64,000 bases of DNA from Antedon mediterranea. Lineage: Eukaryota > Animalia > Echinodermata. The position numbers and the translations under genes are program-made. The stretch is from NCBI RefSeq assembly GCF_964355755.1, contig NC_092672.1, positions 16,244,001 to 16,308,000 on the forward strand, in the 5' to 3' direction. The notes under the pieces were generated by a model. The model did not search any database. It worked only from the letters and a program-made list of their open reading frames with translations, and was not told where the DNA came from. Numbering within the stretch: position 1 is the first letter of the stretch; each line of letters starts with the position of its first letter. Positions 63,541 through 64,000 of the stretch are shown here, in pieces.

Positions 63541-64000
63541 TGCTAAATTTTTAAATTAATATAGATCGTCAGAATGCTCGGGAACACCTATTTTGCATTT
63601 CATTTTCTTAAAGTATAGCCTATGTATGATTTATTATGACATTAAGAGAAAAAAGGTTGATTAAGTCATCATTAATTGCATATTAAATTTTTTTTAATAA
63701 TTTCGAAAATCAAACAAATTATGACATTTTCATAGGCCGAAATAACAAACTTAACATTAACTTTATTCCTTAAATTGTTCATATATTAAATTTAATAGTA
63801 TATAATTTGACAGTGCATAATTTTTTATATTTTTAAAGATTTCATCATAGTAACAAGTTATAATTCATTGCGGTATGTAATAATCTATCTACACCAAAGT
63901 GGTTACTGATTAGTAAATACACGGAGGAGTCTTTCTACAACTTTTAGTTTATACCGAGATCGAGTCCCACCTTGGGAAAAGAAACGAAATAAGAAGCTTA

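Overview
AT-rich invertebrate (animal) genomic DNA, most likely a marine deuterostome such as an echinoderm (inferred from the repeat families). It is not prokaryotic and has no CRISPR array. The window holds one complete + strand gene, NSRP1/CCDC55 (nuclear speckle splicing regulatory protein 1). It has seven coding exons from ATG at 55 to stop at 59630, totalling 1263 nt (420 aa), with phase-consistent GT-AG introns. Its introns (up to 26 kb) are filled with nested transposons. DNA elements include MULE/foldback, pogo/Tigger-like MITEs, P-like, Kolobok, piggyBac, Harbinger/Zator-like, hAT-like, Academ and Helentron-associated HINEs. Retroelements include CR1/L2-group, Rex/Babar and L1/Tx1 LINEs, Penelope, a Gypsy remnant and tRNA-derived SINEs. 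Five observations stand out. (1) Paralog comparisons show that short modules (GGCCTA/GCCTA/GGCTA/CAGTA/CTGTA) are inserted de novo and repeatedly at TA sites, consistent with excision footprints that build the abundant TAGGCCTA chains. (2) A minimal hammerhead ribozyme sits in the Penelope remnant. (3) A 2A/StopGo motif lies at the start of a LINE ORF. (4) 20-27 bp P-like remnants retain 7-bp TSDs. (5) Inverted repeat pairs flank exons 2-4 and 2-6, giving circRNA potential; the exon 2-6 circle would be an endless ORF. All family assignments come from reading termini, TSDs and protein motifs by eye, with no database search.
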